A stretch of DNA of 64,000 nucleotides, taken from positions 928,001 to 992,000 of the forward strand of contig CBDCYI010000004.1 of NCBI GenBank assembly GCA_965224085.1, given 5' to 3'. Below the pieces are notes generated by a model that was not told where the DNA came from, searched no databases, and was given only the letters and a program-made list of their open reading frames with translations. The first letter of the stretch is position 1. Each line of letters begins with the position of its first letter. Positions 20,900 through 32,048 of the stretch are shown here, in pieces. The position numbers and the translations under genes were made by a program. This stretch comes from Candidatus Marinacidobacterales bacterium (GTDB lineage Bacteria; Acidobacteriota; Vicinamibacteria; Marinacidobacterales; SMYC01).

Positions 20900-22006
20900 A
20901 TGTCTATCGCAAAATTGAAAAAGATCCACCGGCTTGGGGTCCTGGCGCTCGCCGCCACATGGGCCTGCCAGCCCGTCCAAGCGCCCGAAACGAGTCCCGC
21001 ATCCGTCGAACAACCGCCGCCGGGCGCCGTGTGGGAGGGCGAGGCCTTCACGTTTCACAAGATCCGCGACGACATCTACCACGCCGTCGGAACCGGCAAC
21101 CTGACCATCGGATGCAATGGCAGCGTCATTATCAATGAAAACGACGTCCTGCTCGTCGACTCGCACATGACGCCCGCGGCCTCTTGGGCGCTTGTGAAAG
21201 AGTTCGAGACACTCACCGACAAACCCGTCCGCTACGTCGTCAATACCCATTTTCATTTCGACCACGCGCACGGCAATCAAACATTTGGTGACGACGTCGA
21301 GATCATCGGACACAAATACACGCGCGACCAGCTCGTCGCGGGAGCTTCCAAACAAGGCCGCGCGTGGGAGGGTTTCGTCGTCAACGGGCTTCCCCAAAAC
21401 ATCCAGCAAGCCGAGAGCGCGCTCGAGACGGCAGTGGATGCCACCGACAAAGATGCCGAAGCTGACGCTCGAAAGCAGCTCGCCGTGCTTACGAATTATC
21501 GAGACGCGACGAACGCGATTGTCGCAACGCCACCGACGATGACTTTGACGAAGCAGATGACGCTCACCCGCGGCGGACGCAAGATTCAGCTGTGGTTTTT
21601 CGGCCGCGGTCACACTGGCGGCGACGTCGTCGTCTATCTACCCGAAGAGAAAGTCATCGCGACGGGCGATCTGGTCGTAAACGGCATCGCCTATATGGGT
21701 GACGCCTATTTGAGCGAGTGGGCCGATACGCTCGACGCGGTCAAACAGCTCGACTTCGACGTCGTCTTGCCCGGCCACGGCGCCGCCTTCGAGGGCAAAG
21801 AGAAAATCGAGCACTTCCAAGCCTACATCCGAGATCTATGGACAAGTATCGTCGCGAGCCACGAAGCCGGGGTCAGCGCGGAAGAGGCGGCCAAAACGAT
21901 CGACCTAACGAGCCACGCCGAGCACTTCCCTCAAATCAATGGCCCCGGCGTACACCCGCACGCCGTCGAGCGCGTCTACGCACTTTTCGACGGCATCGAA
22001 CAGTAG
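20900..22006 (+). CDS. MBL-fold metallo-hydrolase lipoprotein
   Basis: NTHFHFDHAHGN, GRGHTGGD, ATGDL, LPGHG. Confidence 0.92.
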   Translation: MSIAKLKKIHRLGVLALAATWACQPVQAPETSPASVEQPPPGAVWEGEAFTFHKIRDDIYHAVGTGNLTIGCNGSVIINENDVLLVDSHMTPAASWALVKEFETLTDKPVRYVVNTHFHFDHAHGNQTFGDDVEIIGHKYTRDQLVAGASKQGRAWEGFVVNGLPQNIQQAESALETAVDATDKDAEADARKQLAVLTNYRDATNAIVATPPTMTLTKQMTLTRGGRKIQLWFFGRGHTGGDVVVYLPEEKVIATGDLVVNGIAYMGDAYLSEWADTLDAVKQLDFDVVLPGHGAAFEGKEKIEHFQAYIRDLWTSIVASHEAGVSAEEAAKTIDLTSHAEHFPQINGPGVHPHAVERVYALFDGIEQ

Positions 22007-22039
22007 TTACAGTTGCCCGCTATCGGCTACGTCAACGCG

Positions 22040-22220
22040 TCACGCGGCCGAGCGCCCAGGCGGCTTGCTCACGTCACTCCTCTTCTCCGTGGCCCCCTCT
22101 GATCCCGCGACGTTCCTCGTCGCGGCTTCCATTCTCGGCGGCACCGCCCTCGGGGCGTGCCTCTCGCCTGCCCGGCGTGCCTCCAAGCTGGACCCGATGG
22201 CAGTCCTGCGTTCTGAGTAG
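22040..22220 (+). pseudogene. ABC/ADOP permease C-terminal remnant
   Basis: LLFSVAPSDPATF...PARRASKLDPMAVLRSE*. Confidence 0.8.
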
Positions 22221-22240
22221 CTATGTGGCGAATCGCGAGT

Positions 22241-22256
22241 TGGCACAAAATTTGCT
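22241..22256 (+). promoter_or_regulatory. Putative sigma-54 promoter
   Basis: TGGCACAAAATTTGCT, near consensus; upstream of the C25 gene; IHF-like TTTCAACAACTTA at 22299-22311. Confidence 0.7.
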
Positions 22257-22381
22257 GGAGTAGTAGACAAATACAAAAAACTTTGGTCTCAAAACTTTTT
22301 TCAACAACTTAGCGTTCCATCCAAGGGCTCCCCCTAGCCCGACGGGCACATTCTGCCCCAAATTGGAACAAGGCGTGTGGG

Positions 22382-25300
22382 GTGAGAAAAAGAGCGGTGC
22401 TAGCCGCGATCCTCCTCGGGTGGTCTGCGCTTGCCGACGCCGAGAAGCTGGACTACCAGATTGCTGCCACCAATGACGACGCCGAAGAAGAGGTGTCCAG
22501 CGGCAACATGTACCGCAACAGCTCGGATCTCGAGCTGATTGCCGACGGCAGCACGAACCAGCTCATCGGCCTTCGCTTCCAGAACATCCAGATTCCGCAA
22601 GGCACGACCATCGTCAGTGCCGTGCTCGAGTTCGAGACCGACGAGACCAATTCGGGCGCCACATCCGTCACCATCGAGGGCGAAGACATCAACGACGCGC
22701 CTCAGTTCGGAAACGGCAACTCCAACATTTCGAACCGAGCCCGAACTTCCGCCTCCGTCGATTGGAACAGCATCCCCGCATGGAACACGGTGAGCGAGCG
22801 TCATCAGTCTCCCGACATCACGAGCATCGTGCAGGAGATCGTCGATCGTGGCGGCTGGTCGGCCGGAAGCGACATGGTCTTCATCATTACGGGAAGCGGC
22901 GAGCGCACCGCGGAGTCGTATGACGGCGAAGCGAGCAACGCACCGATTCTGCGGATCGAGATTGCTGGCATCACGCCTGCGGCAGGCGCCGCCCTTTGTT
23001 ATGGCGTGGCCGATGGAGGAAACAGGTTTGTGCTCATCGATATCACAGACGGCACCGTCGATACCAATGTCGGTAACGTCGGTGTCTCCGACATCGAAGC
23101 GATCGCGATCGATCCGGAGGGGCTCGACGTCTACGGCGCCGATGCCGACCAGCTCGGGCGCATCAATACCGACACCGGCGAGTTCATCCGTCTGACGGAG
23201 ACGTTCGGTACTGGTTCGGGCTCCACCGGCAATATCACGTTCGACGATGTCGACAGCTTGGCCTTCGATCACGATACCGGAACGATGTGGGGCGTTGACG
23301 CCCGTGGCGGTGCCGACGCTCTTTTCCAAATCGATCCCGACACCGGCGCCCACGTTCCCGACGCCTTCGGCGTGGGGGTGGACTATGTGCTCATCACGGG
23401 GACGAATATCGGCACTTCGATCGACGACATCGCCATCGATCCCAGTACCGGCGTCATGTACGGAGCGGATACGACCAATTCTCAGCTGATCACCCTCAAT
23501 ACGTCCACCGGAGCGGGAACCGTGGTTGGAAGCTTCGGGGGAAGCGTCGACATGGAAGGCATGGGCTTCCATTCAGACGGCACACTCTACGGGACCGAAG
23601 GCCGGAGAGTGTACACGATCAACACGTCGACAGGCGCAGCCACGCAGGTCGGAAGCGGCAATACGCTGAACGTCGGCAGCGACTACGAAGGCTTCGATTG
23701 CCACTTCACGGCTCTCACCCGCGCCACGATCGCGCGTTTCGACGTGGTCGCCGATGGCGACCGAACGATCGTGACCTGGGAGACGTCGTCCGAGAACGGC
23801 ACGGCCGGTTTCTACCTCTATCGATTCGACTTTTTCGAGAACCGCTGGATACTCACTCATGACGGCCTGCTTCCGGGGCTCCAAAGCGCCCCCCAAGGCG
23901 GCACTTATCGGCTCATCGACGAGACCGTGGGCTCTGAAGAGAGGCTTTACTATACGCTCGTCGAAGTAGAGGTCACCGGCAAATTTATTTGGCATTCGCG
24001 GTGTTGTCGAGCAAGCGTCACGCCTGACAGGCCGTTGCCTGGCGATAAGAAGTTCATACGAAGGACACGTCGAGAGCTCAAAGAAACCCTCCGCCCCGGA
24101 CAGGCAAGGCGGCGCGTCTCCGAGAAATTCGACTTGAAGGTCCTTACGCGACGCCGAGGGCTCCATCACTTGAGCATCGACGAGATTGCGGGCGCTCTGG
24201 GGCGTCCCGAGCTCGCGCCATGGGTCGCTCGACAGACTGGTCGCGGTCTTATCTCGCTTCGAAACCGCGAGACCGAGGTGCCATGGCTCCCCGCGACGGA
24301 CGGTACCGGGCTCTCGTTCTACGCGCCGGAGCACCGGAGTCTCTACAGCGAGCACAACGTGTTTCACCTTCAATTCGTCCGCGGGACAACAATGGAGCGT
24401 GCCGGCCTTCCAACGAGCGGTGCCGCGCTCCAGGCCATGAACTTCGTCGATCGCGTCACGTTCGAGGAAGATCGTTTCGCGGCTACGGTGGTAGCGCTCG
24501 ACCCCGACTCCGACTATTGGTTTTGGGAGTTCGTGAGTGCCGGCGACGCGGATTCTGGCTCGCGTCGTTTCACGCTCGACGTTCCATCCCTCGACGCGCG
24601 AGGGCGAAACGCCTACCTCGAAGTTGAGCTCTTCGGCGCGACCCATACGGGTTTCCCGTCGGAGCACCGCGCGACGATCCGCCTCAACGGCGTCGATGTG
24701 GGCGCGACCGTGTGGTCGGGGATCGGTACGCACGAAGTCGCGATTGAGCTTCCGGTCGGGTTGCTGCAAGAAGGCGACAACGTCGTCGAAGTCGAGGGGA
24801 TTCTCGACGGCGCTCCGTATAGCGTGTTCTACATCGATGCTTTTGCACTGCGCTATGCGCGTCGCTACGAAGCTCGCGACGACGCACTCCATTTCAACGG
24901 TACCGGAAGAGCGTCCATATCTCTCGTCGGCTTCTCGAGTGAGCCGTGGCTCTTCGATATTTCGGACGCGACAACACCCTTCGTCGTCAACGCGTCGGCC
25001 GCGGGGACCATCGTTCCGGCGGGCCCAGAGCGGGAATATCTGGCCGTCGGGGCAGAAGGCGTCCTGAGCGCAGAGCTCGAACCGTGGGTGACCGCCTCGA
25101 AGCCGCTGAAGAGTCGTGACCATCGGATCGACTATCTCGTCATCGCCGCGGACGCGCTCGTAGACGCTGCCCAGTCGCTGGCCGACTATCGCGAATCGCA
25201 AGGACTGAGAACGATGCTCGTCGGCGTCTCCGAGATCGAAAACGCGTTCAACGATGGTTTCCGAAGCCCCTACGCGATCCGCGACTTTCTGCTATACGCT

Positions 25301-26152
25301 TCGAAACACTGGACGCGCGCTCCCCGCTACGTCGTTCTCGTGGGTGAGGGCTCTTTCGACTACCGCAACCTTCTCGGACAAAATGACAGCCTCGTCGCGT
25401 CTCTCTTGAGGCGCGGCAATCTCGGCATTTATGCCGCGGACAACGCGCTCGGAAGCGCGGGTGAGCCTACGCTGCCTCTCATGGCCATCGGGCGTATCCC
25501 AGTCACCACAGAAGCACAGCTCGAGACCTACGTCGCAAAGGTGCGAGCTTTCGAAGGATCCCCCGGGATCGAAGCGCCTCTGTTGCTCTCGGATGTACCC
25601 GATGTAGGAGGGAACTTCGCGGCCGATGGCCTCCAGATTACGGCGACGCTTGCCGATGTCGCAAGTTTCGAGTCCATCTCTCTCGAAGAGCTGCCCGTAA
25701 ACCAGGCGCGCGAGCGGCTCTTCGCCCGATTGAACGAGGGTGCGGGCCTCATGGTGTATACGGGTCACGGCGGCCTCGACCGTTTGTCGTCCCTCGGGTT
25801 GCTGACATCCTACGACTCCGCCGCGCTCGAGTCGGTCGCTTACCCGCCGATCCTCGTGTCTCTGAGCTGCTCGACCAACCGCTTCGATATTCCAGGTTTC
25901 GACTCGTTGGGAGAAACGCTCGTGCGGCAAGAGGAAGGTGGCCTCGTGGCGGCATGGGCGCCGACCGCGCTCACTTCCCACGGCCAATCGACGCTTCTCG
26001 GCCAAGCGTTTCTCGAGCACGCGTATAGGAATGCCGATCGCCTCGGCGACGCTATGTTGTACGCACTACGGGACTACAGCCAGCGTCCCGACGCCGAGCG
26101 ACTCTTGCGTGCCTTCAATCTGCTGGGAGATCCTGCGCTTCGACTGCGATAG
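22382..26152 (+). CDS. Large secreted multidomain protein with C-terminal C25 (gingipain-like) cysteine peptidase
   Basis: Signal peptide; DYLVIA, RYVVLVGEG, IGRIP, YTGHG...SLSC dyad, FNLLGDPAL. Confidence 0.88.
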   Translation: MRKRAVLAAILLGWSALADAEKLDYQIAATNDDAEEEVSSGNMYRNSSDLELIADGSTNQLIGLRFQNIQIPQGTTIVSAVLEFETDETNSGATSVTIEGEDINDAPQFGNGNSNISNRARTSASVDWNSIPAWNTVSERHQSPDITSIVQEIVDRGGWSAGSDMVFIITGSGERTAESYDGEASNAPILRIEIAGITPAAGAALCYGVADGGNRFVLIDITDGTVDTNVGNVGVSDIEAIAIDPEGLDVYGADADQLGRINTDTGEFIRLTETFGTGSGSTGNITFDDVDSLAFDHDTGTMWGVDARGGADALFQIDPDTGAHVPDAFGVGVDYVLITGTNIGTSIDDIAIDPSTGVMYGADTTNSQLITLNTSTGAGTVVGSFGGSVDMEGMGFHSDGTLYGTEGRRVYTINTSTGAATQVGSGNTLNVGSDYEGFDCHFTALTRATIARFDVVADGDRTIVTWETSSENGTAGFYLYRFDFFENRWILTHDGLLPGLQSAPQGGTYRLIDETVGSEERLYYTLVEVEVTGKFIWHSRCCRASVTPDRPLPGDKKFIRRTRRELKETLRPGQARRRVSEKFDLKVLTRRRGLHHLSIDEIAGALGRPELAPWVARQTGRGLISLRNRETEVPWLPATDGTGLSFYAPEHRSLYSEHNVFHLQFVRGTTMERAGLPTSGAALQAMNFVDRVTFEEDRFAATVVALDPDSDYWFWEFVSAGDADSGSRRFTLDVPSLDARGRNAYLEVELFGATHTGFPSEHRATIRLNGVDVGATVWSGIGTHEVAIELPVGLLQEGDNVVEVEGILDGAPYSVFYIDAFALRYARRYEARDDALHFNGTGRASISLVGFSSEPWLFDISDATTPFVVNASAAGTIVPAGPEREYLAVGAEGVLSAELEPWVTASKPLKSRDHRIDYLVIAADALVDAAQSLADYRESQGLRTMLVGVSEIENAFNDGFRSPYAIRDFLLYASKHWTRAPRYVVLVGEGSFDYRNLLGQNDSLVASLLRRGNLGIYAADNALGSAGEPTLPLMAIGRIPVTTEAQLETYVAKVRAFEGSPGIEAPLLLSDVPDVGGNFAADGLQITATLADVASFESISLEELPVNQARERLFARLNEGAGLMVYTGHGGLDRLSSLGLLTSYDSAALESVAYPPILVSLSCSTNRFDIPGFDSLGETLVRQEEGGLVAAWAPTALTSHGQSTLLGQAFLEHAYRNADRLGDAMLYALRDYSQRPDAERLLRAFNLLGDPALRLR

Positions 26153-26189
26153 ATCCGCCCGCGTTGCGATAGGCGTAGTGCGCATTCAG

Positions 26190-26930
26190 TCAGCCGAGTA
26201 GATAGTCTCCGTATCGGATGGCGTCATATTTCGGTGGCCGTTTCTCGCTCTGGCATGTCGAAAGACAAGCGATTGCGACATCCATGTTGGGGTCGAAGAA
26301 AAAAGGCACTGAGTCACGGTGGCCTCCCCGAATGTTGACCACGCGATGCTCGGTCGACACGTAGCGATCGTTCGTCCATCGCGCCATGACGTCTCCGATA
26401 TTGACGACGAAGGCGCCCGGTATCGGCGTCGCCGCGATCCAGTCTCCCGACCGTTGCCGGACATGCAGCCGCCGGAATCGTCTCGGGCGAGCAGCGTGAT
26501 CGCGCCGTAATCCGTATGCGGGGCGGAGCCGAACTGATTCTCCGCTGAAGCCACCCCTTGCGGTGAGTAATGCAGCAACTCTCAGAAACGTCGTCGGATC
26601 GCGGAAGCTCGGTGCGAAGTAGTCTTCTTCGAGCTCGAGCGCGATGGCGAAGCGCGCGAGCAAGGCCCGCCCGACCTTTCCATCGCCGACCCGTAAGCGA
26701 GCATCGTGTCACGAAAGTCGGTGAGCTCGGGCCATTGATTCGGCCCTTGTAGCGGCCGTTCGGCGAGCAAGTCGGGGTGGCCGGTCCGAAGCTCGTGCAT
26801 GATCACGAGGGACTCGCTAACGTTTGGCGCGAGCGCCTCGATGAGCCGGTAAGTGGAGGCGCCGATATAGCCGCGGTGAAACGCGTTGATCGCGAGCGCG
26901 GTCTTGCTCTTCAGAGGCTCGGCAGCCGGT
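26190..26930 (-). pseudogene. Isopenicillin-N-synthase-family 2OG-Fe(II) oxygenase, frameshifted and 5'-truncated
   Basis: QGPNQWP, HYSP, APHTDYGAITLL, VVNIGDVMARWTND..STEHRV, RDSVPFF spread over several frames. Confidence 0.85.
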
Positions 26931-26998
26931 CTTTTGGCATCTCGACGGCCGAACGTGTCACAACCGCATCTTGGCGTTGCCTGTGGTACGCTCCCGCC

Positions 26999-28057
26999 AT
27001 GCCTCGGGGCGTCCTCTTCGCCGTTCTCGTCATTTTTTCTACGGGGATTTTTCCCGCGATGGCTACAGGCGAAAGTCGCAAAATCATTTTCGATACCGAC
27101 TTTGCCTTGCCGCCAGGCGATGACGGTCTCGCGCTTCTTCTCGCCCTCCAATCTCCGGAGATCGAGATCCTCGCCGTCACGACCGTCGCCGGCAACGAGA
27201 GCGTGGAGCGCGCCACCGCAGACGTCTTGTGGCTTCTCGAGTCCGTCGGGCGTACGGAGATCCCCGTTTATCAGGGCGCCGACATGCCTTGGGTTCACGA
27301 GAGAAGCGACTTTGCCGTCCACCATTACGGGAAGTGGTACTCGAACGACGCCCCTCCCCCACCACCTGGGGGCCATGCACGGAAGAAAGTCGAAAAGGAG
27401 ACAGCCGTCGAGCTCCTCGTCCGTTCCGTTCTCGCTAGCCCCGACGAAATCACCATCGTCGCGATTGGGCCCTTGACGAACGTTGCCACGGCCATCCGTC
27501 AAAACGCCGCCTTCTCCGAAGGCGTCCGCGCGCTCGTCATCATGGGAGGCGCCGTCGCCTCACTCGCAGACGGCGCCGGCAACATCACGCCGAACGCCGA
27601 GTTCAATTTCTGGGTGGACCCCGAAGCCGCTCGCGTCGCGCTGCGCTCCGGTATCCCAATCGTGCTCTCTCCGCTCAACGTCTCGCGCAAAACCGCGTTG
27701 ACTAAGGAATGGTACGAGAAAATGGTCGCCTCGGACACGGCCATCACCCGGCTCCTGAGGACGACGATGGGGCCGCGGTTCGACCGCGATCCGGATCGCG
27801 TCTGGCTCATGTACGACCAAGTCGCTATCGGAAGCTTGATCGACCCGTCGCTCGTCATGACGGAAGAGCTCTTCGTCGACGTCGACGACAACCACGGCTT
27901 GAGCTATGGGACCTCCGTTGGAGGCACCGAGATTTGGCCGGGCGCCGAAGGAGCTCGCAAGATGAAGGTTCAGCATGACCTCGACTGGCGCCGTTTCATC
28001 GAAATGTTCATCAAAAGAATGAACGCGCCCGTAGCTTCGGCTCCTACTAGACCTTAG
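26999..28057 (+). CDS. Nucleoside hydrolase (IU-NH family), signal peptide
   Basis: IIFDTDFALPPGDD, TTVAGN, IGPLTNVA, IMGG, GNITPNAEFNFWVDPEAA. Confidence 0.92.
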   Translation: MPRGVLFAVLVIFSTGIFPAMATGESRKIIFDTDFALPPGDDGLALLLALQSPEIEILAVTTVAGNESVERATADVLWLLESVGRTEIPVYQGADMPWVHERSDFAVHHYGKWYSNDAPPPPPGGHARKKVEKETAVELLVRSVLASPDEITIVAIGPLTNVATAIRQNAAFSEGVRALVIMGGAVASLADGAGNITPNAEFNFWVDPEAARVALRSGIPIVLSPLNVSRKTALTKEWYEKMVASDTAITRLLRTTMGPRFDRDPDRVWLMYDQVAIGSLIDPSLVMTEELFVDVDDNHGLSYGTSVGGTEIWPGAEGARKMKVQHDLDWRRFIEMFIKRMNAPVASAPTRP

Positions 28058-28277
28058 TTTCGTTTTGACGCAAAAGCTACACATCCACTTACAGAGCAAC
28101 CCAAAAGCGCCCGAAATCTTTCGCATGACCCGGGAGCGCTATCGCGCCGCGGCAAAGCGTCAGCCTGAGATCGCGCGCCGTGGAGAAACGGAGCATACCA
28201 CCGAGTAGCCTCCCGGACCGCACTGATGTTTTGCGTCCCAAACTAGGTTATCCTCCACCCCTGCGAAGGGAGAAACC

Positions 28278-28682
28278 ATGACGAAGTTGTTCTTGCCCGT
28301 TCTCGCGCTTGCGCTGTTCGCACTACCCTCCGAGAACCTGGCGCAGCCCAAGCTAGACGCTCAGATCTACGAGCTTCGCACCTACACGACGCATGACGGT
28401 TCTCTCCCGAAACTGCACGCGCGATTCAGGGAGCACACGAATCACATCTTTGTGAAACACGGCATGAAGCTCATCGCTTACTGGGTCCCCGCTGACGAAG
28501 ACAACAAGCTCATCTACGTGCTCGCGTTTCCGAGCGTCGAGGCGCGTGAGAAAGCGTGGCAGGCCTTCCGGGACGATCCGGAATGGCAAGCGGCCTACGA
28601 GGCGTCGCGCGCGGACGGCCCGATCGTCGAAAAGGTCGAGTCGGTCGTCATGTTCCCAACCGACTATTCGCCGATTCGCTGA
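28278..28682 (+). CDS. NIPSNAP family protein
   Basis: YELRTY, LHARFREHT, REKAWQAFRDDPEW, PTDYSP. Confidence 0.92.
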   Translation: MTKLFLPVLALALFALPSENLAQPKLDAQIYELRTYTTHDGSLPKLHARFREHTNHIFVKHGMKLIAYWVPADEDNKLIYVLAFPSVEAREKAWQAFRDDPEWQAAYEASRADGPIVEKVESVVMFPTDYSPIR

Positions 28683-29507
28683 CGGCTTTTTGGAACTGGC
28701 CCGGCGTCCAACCCGTCATGCGACGGAACACGCGGTTGAAGTGACTTTGGTCCGAGAAACCGCAGGCGAGCGCCACTTCGGCGAGACCGGCGCCAGGGTC
28801 CACGAGCTTCTTGGCAGCTTGCTCCACCCGTAATCGCCGCAGATACTCACCGACGGACTGCCGGTAGTGCTTGCGGAACGTCCGCGAGAGGCGGACCGGG
28901 CTGACGTCGAGATCTCGAGCGAGCCCGGTCACCGTCAGAGGCTTCGCGAGTTCATCGCGTAATCGCTCGACGGCCAGCTCCAGCCAGCGAGGGCGACGCC
29001 TGTCCACCGCTGGCTCCTCACGCAGCACGGCGCCGAGCATCTCGAGCACGAGTCCTTCGATCACGAGACCCGAGCCTCGCCCGACAGAGGCAAACTCCCG
29101 GTAAAGCCGGCTCGCGAGCCAAACGAGGCCGCCCGCGTGCCAATCCACCGTTTCCGCCGGGAGCCGGCCATAATCCCGTGCGCGCTGACCCAGGACGGCT
29201 CGAGCTCGGCGTGAAAGCAGCGCCCACCGAGAGTGCCAATGTCGCCTCGATGAGCGTCTTCCGGAGGATGAAACGCGACGGACAGAGAATCGTACGTGAC
29301 CCGCCGTCGACGGCCATATTCCTCCCGATAGCCGCCACCCAAAAGGAGGCAAAAGTAGGCGAAGGCGTGCTCGTGCGCCGGCACGCGCAACGCCGGCGGA
29401 TAGTGCGTGTCAGACAAAATGACGCCGGACGAACGGAGGCTTCGGTGATTAACACCGAAAAACTCACCGACAGGCAGACGTTCAGGACAACTCGCGAGCA
29501 CGGCCAT
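28648..29507 (-). pseudogene. AraC family regulator, one frameshift near 29190
   Basis: Cupin PAHEHAFAYF in one frame, HTH LAEVALACGFSDQSHFNRVFRR in another; divergent from the decarboxylase. Confidence 0.8.
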
Positions 29508-29649
29508 CAGCGATCCTCCGCTAAGTTTAGATCACGCCACCGAAAACCCATTGTACGGAGCGCACCTTTTGAACACTTCATACCTCGCGCCGTTCAAAAC
29601 ACGAAAATGATTCAATACAAATGCTCCGTGCTCCGGCTACGGTATCACT

Positions 29650-31032
29650 ATGAACCCGTTCGAGCGCCTGCCCCGCACGATTGATGACTATTTCTCACGC
29701 CTTCACGAAGCGCCCGTAACCGTAAACGTCACACCGGGTGAGGTCCGCCGCCATCTCGCCGCACGCTACGACTTCACGCATCCCATCGCCATCGAGCACC
29801 TCATCGACGATGTGAACAAGATGCTTTACGAATGGACGGAGCACGCCAGCCACCCAATGCATTTCGGCCTGTTCCGGCCCGCGATCGATCCGACGGCTAT
29901 TCTCGCAGACGCTCTCGTGGCTCTCTACGACCCCAATCTCGCGACATGGGAGTTCTCGCCGGCCGCCAACGAGATCGAGCGCCACGTCTTGGCAGCGATC
30001 GCGTCGCGCTTCGGATGGAAGCTCGAGCCCAACGGCATCGCTCATTTCACATCAGGTGGCCAGGAGGCCAATCACACGGCGGTCGCGGTGGCGCTCACGT
30101 CCAAATTCCCCGAGATCGAGCGCCAGGGGCTACGGGGGCTCAGGAAAACGCCGGTGTTCTACGCCTCCGAGGAAGGTCACCACTCGTTCGATAAAGTCGC
30201 GCACAGTGCCGGGCTCGGGCGGGACGCGCTGCGTTTCGTGCCCGCCGCAAGCGATCTCAGAATGGACCTAGAAGCGCTAGAGAGTTTGGTACGCCATGAC
30301 CGCGACCGCGGCCTAGCTCCGTTTCTCGTCGTGGGCACGGCTGGAACGACGAACGCGGGCATCGTAGACCCACTTGCGGCGCTCGAGACCTTTGCTAAAG
30401 CACAAGGACTTTGGTTTCACGTCGACGCGGCCTGGGGTGGCGCAGCCGCGATATCGAAAAGGCTTTCGCCCGTGCTCGGCGGGATCGAGCGAGCGGACTC
30501 GATCACTTGCGACGCGCACAAGTGGTTCTCCGTTCCCGTCGGCACCGGCATGTTCTTTTGTCGCCATCGGCGCGCCGTCGAGACCACGTTTGGCACCGAC
30601 GCCGCCTACGTGCCCGATCGCCACGACGACAGAACTTATCCGTTCGTCACCTCGATGCAGTGGTCGCGCCGTTTCACGGGGCTCAAGCTTTTCATGATGC
30701 TCGCGGAGCATGGGATCGAAGGGCTCGCGGCGCGCATCGAGCGTCAAACCGAGCTGGGCGACTACTTGAGAAAGCAGCTTCGCTCACACGGTTTCGTGAT
30801 TTTGAACGAAACACGCCTCCCCGTCGTCTGTCTCACGCATCCGGACATCGAATCGGGCGCCGCACCCATGTCCAATGTAGTGGAAAACCTCCGGCGAGAG
30901 CAGACAGCTTGGATTTCCAAAACCACATTGCGAGGCCACGTGCCCGCTCTTCGTGCCTGCATCGCCAACTTCCGCACGAGCCAGGAGGACATCGTCGCGC
31001 TCGTCGACGCGTTAGCCCGAGCGATAGCTTGA
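29650..31032 (+). CDS. Group II PLP-dependent amino-acid decarboxylase
   Basis: FTSGG, GTAGTT, WFHVDAAWGG, DSITCDAHKW, QWSRRF. Confidence 0.92.
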   Translation: MNPFERLPRTIDDYFSRLHEAPVTVNVTPGEVRRHLAARYDFTHPIAIEHLIDDVNKMLYEWTEHASHPMHFGLFRPAIDPTAILADALVALYDPNLATWEFSPAANEIERHVLAAIASRFGWKLEPNGIAHFTSGGQEANHTAVAVALTSKFPEIERQGLRGLRKTPVFYASEEGHHSFDKVAHSAGLGRDALRFVPAASDLRMDLEALESLVRHDRDRGLAPFLVVGTAGTTNAGIVDPLAALETFAKAQGLWFHVDAAWGGAAAISKRLSPVLGGIERADSITCDAHKWFSVPVGTGMFFCRHRRAVETTFGTDAAYVPDRHDDRTYPFVTSMQWSRRFTGLKLFMMLAEHGIEGLAARIERQTELGDYLRKQLRSHGFVILNETRLPVVCLTHPDIESGAAPMSNVVENLRREQTAWISKTTLRGHVPALRACIANFRTSQEDIVALVDALARAIA

Positions 31033-31271
31033 TCCCAACGAGTGCTTCCGCGCCTCCGCGGGCGCGCTCGTCCGGCGGCAGAGGGATCGAGTCTATCCTC
31101 GCGCAGCGACTGCAAGTCGTCCTCCATGGCTTCGAGAACAGCAAATTGTTGTCGGTAACCCCGCGACACACCGCGGCCTCCGAGACACTACCTTGCCTTT
31201 CGCTTCTATCGACCGGATGACGCTGGCAGTACGATTGAAAAGAATAACTTACTTATAGTAAGATTTCAAAG

Positions 31272-31544
31272 ATGAAAGTAATCAAAGTCACTTCCAAAGG
31301 ACAAATCACCATTCCTCTCGACGTGCGTACGGCGCTCGGAATCGATGAGCACACCTACCTCGAGGTATCGGAGAATGGCAACGAGATTCGTCTCCGGAAG
31401 GTCGTTCCGACTCGCCCACTTAGCGACGACGATCCCATTTGGAGCTTGATCGGAGCCGGCTCGAGTGGGCACACCGATATCGCCGAGCAACATGATCGAC
31501 ATCTGGCAGATGGAGAAATAGAGCGTTGGCGCGAATCCTCGTAG
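31272..31544 (+). CDS. AbrB/MazE-type antitoxin
   Basis: KVTSKGQITIPLDVR; C-terminal DIAEQHDRHL; palindrome CTTACTTATAGTAAG at 31248-31262. Confidence 0.88.
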   Translation: MKVIKVTSKGQITIPLDVRTALGIDEHTYLEVSENGNEIRLRKVVPTRPLSDDDPIWSLIGAGSSGHTDIAEQHDRHLADGEIERWRESS

Positions 31545-31927
31545 ATACGAGTGCCGTCTTTGCCCTGGTCGATCGTAGTGACCACTGGCATTCCACAGCT
31601 AAAGCCGAGCTCGATAAGTTGAGAAGAGCGCGCTCCGAGCCCCTGCTGACAAATTTCATCGTCGCGGAGTGTCACGCGCTTCTACTCGCGCGGCTGGGCT
31701 CTCAGTTGGCGAGAAACTGGCTGACAAACAACGCGTGGTCCGTGCAACGGATTGCGGCGGAGGACGAAGCCAACGCGATTTCGATTGTCTTACAGTACAC
31801 CGACAAGACGTTCTCATACACAGATGCCACGAGCTTCGCGCTCATGCAACGTCTAGGTATCCGAAAGGCGTTCGCATTCGACCCACACTTTCGGCAATAC
31901 GGCCTCCACGTTGTCGGTCTTCCTTGA
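31526..31927 (+). CDS. vapC: PIN-domain VapC toxin
   Basis: ILVDTS, IVAE, SYTDATSF, AFDPHF; overlaps the antitoxin. Confidence 0.9.
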   Translation: MARILVDTSAVFALVDRSDHWHSTAKAELDKLRRARSEPLLTNFIVAECHALLLARLGSQLARNWLTNNAWSVQRIAAEDEANAISIVLQYTDKTFSYTDATSFALMQRLGIRKAFAFDPHFRQYGLHVVGLP

Positions 31928-32048
31928 GGCACGAGCGGGAGCGGCGGCACGGTCGCGAGACGGAGCGATCAAGCGCCCGGCTCACGTCCGCGATCGACGA
32001 AACCAAAACCGTGCAGCCGAGCTCGTCTCGCTCAAGCTTCCTTAGTGC

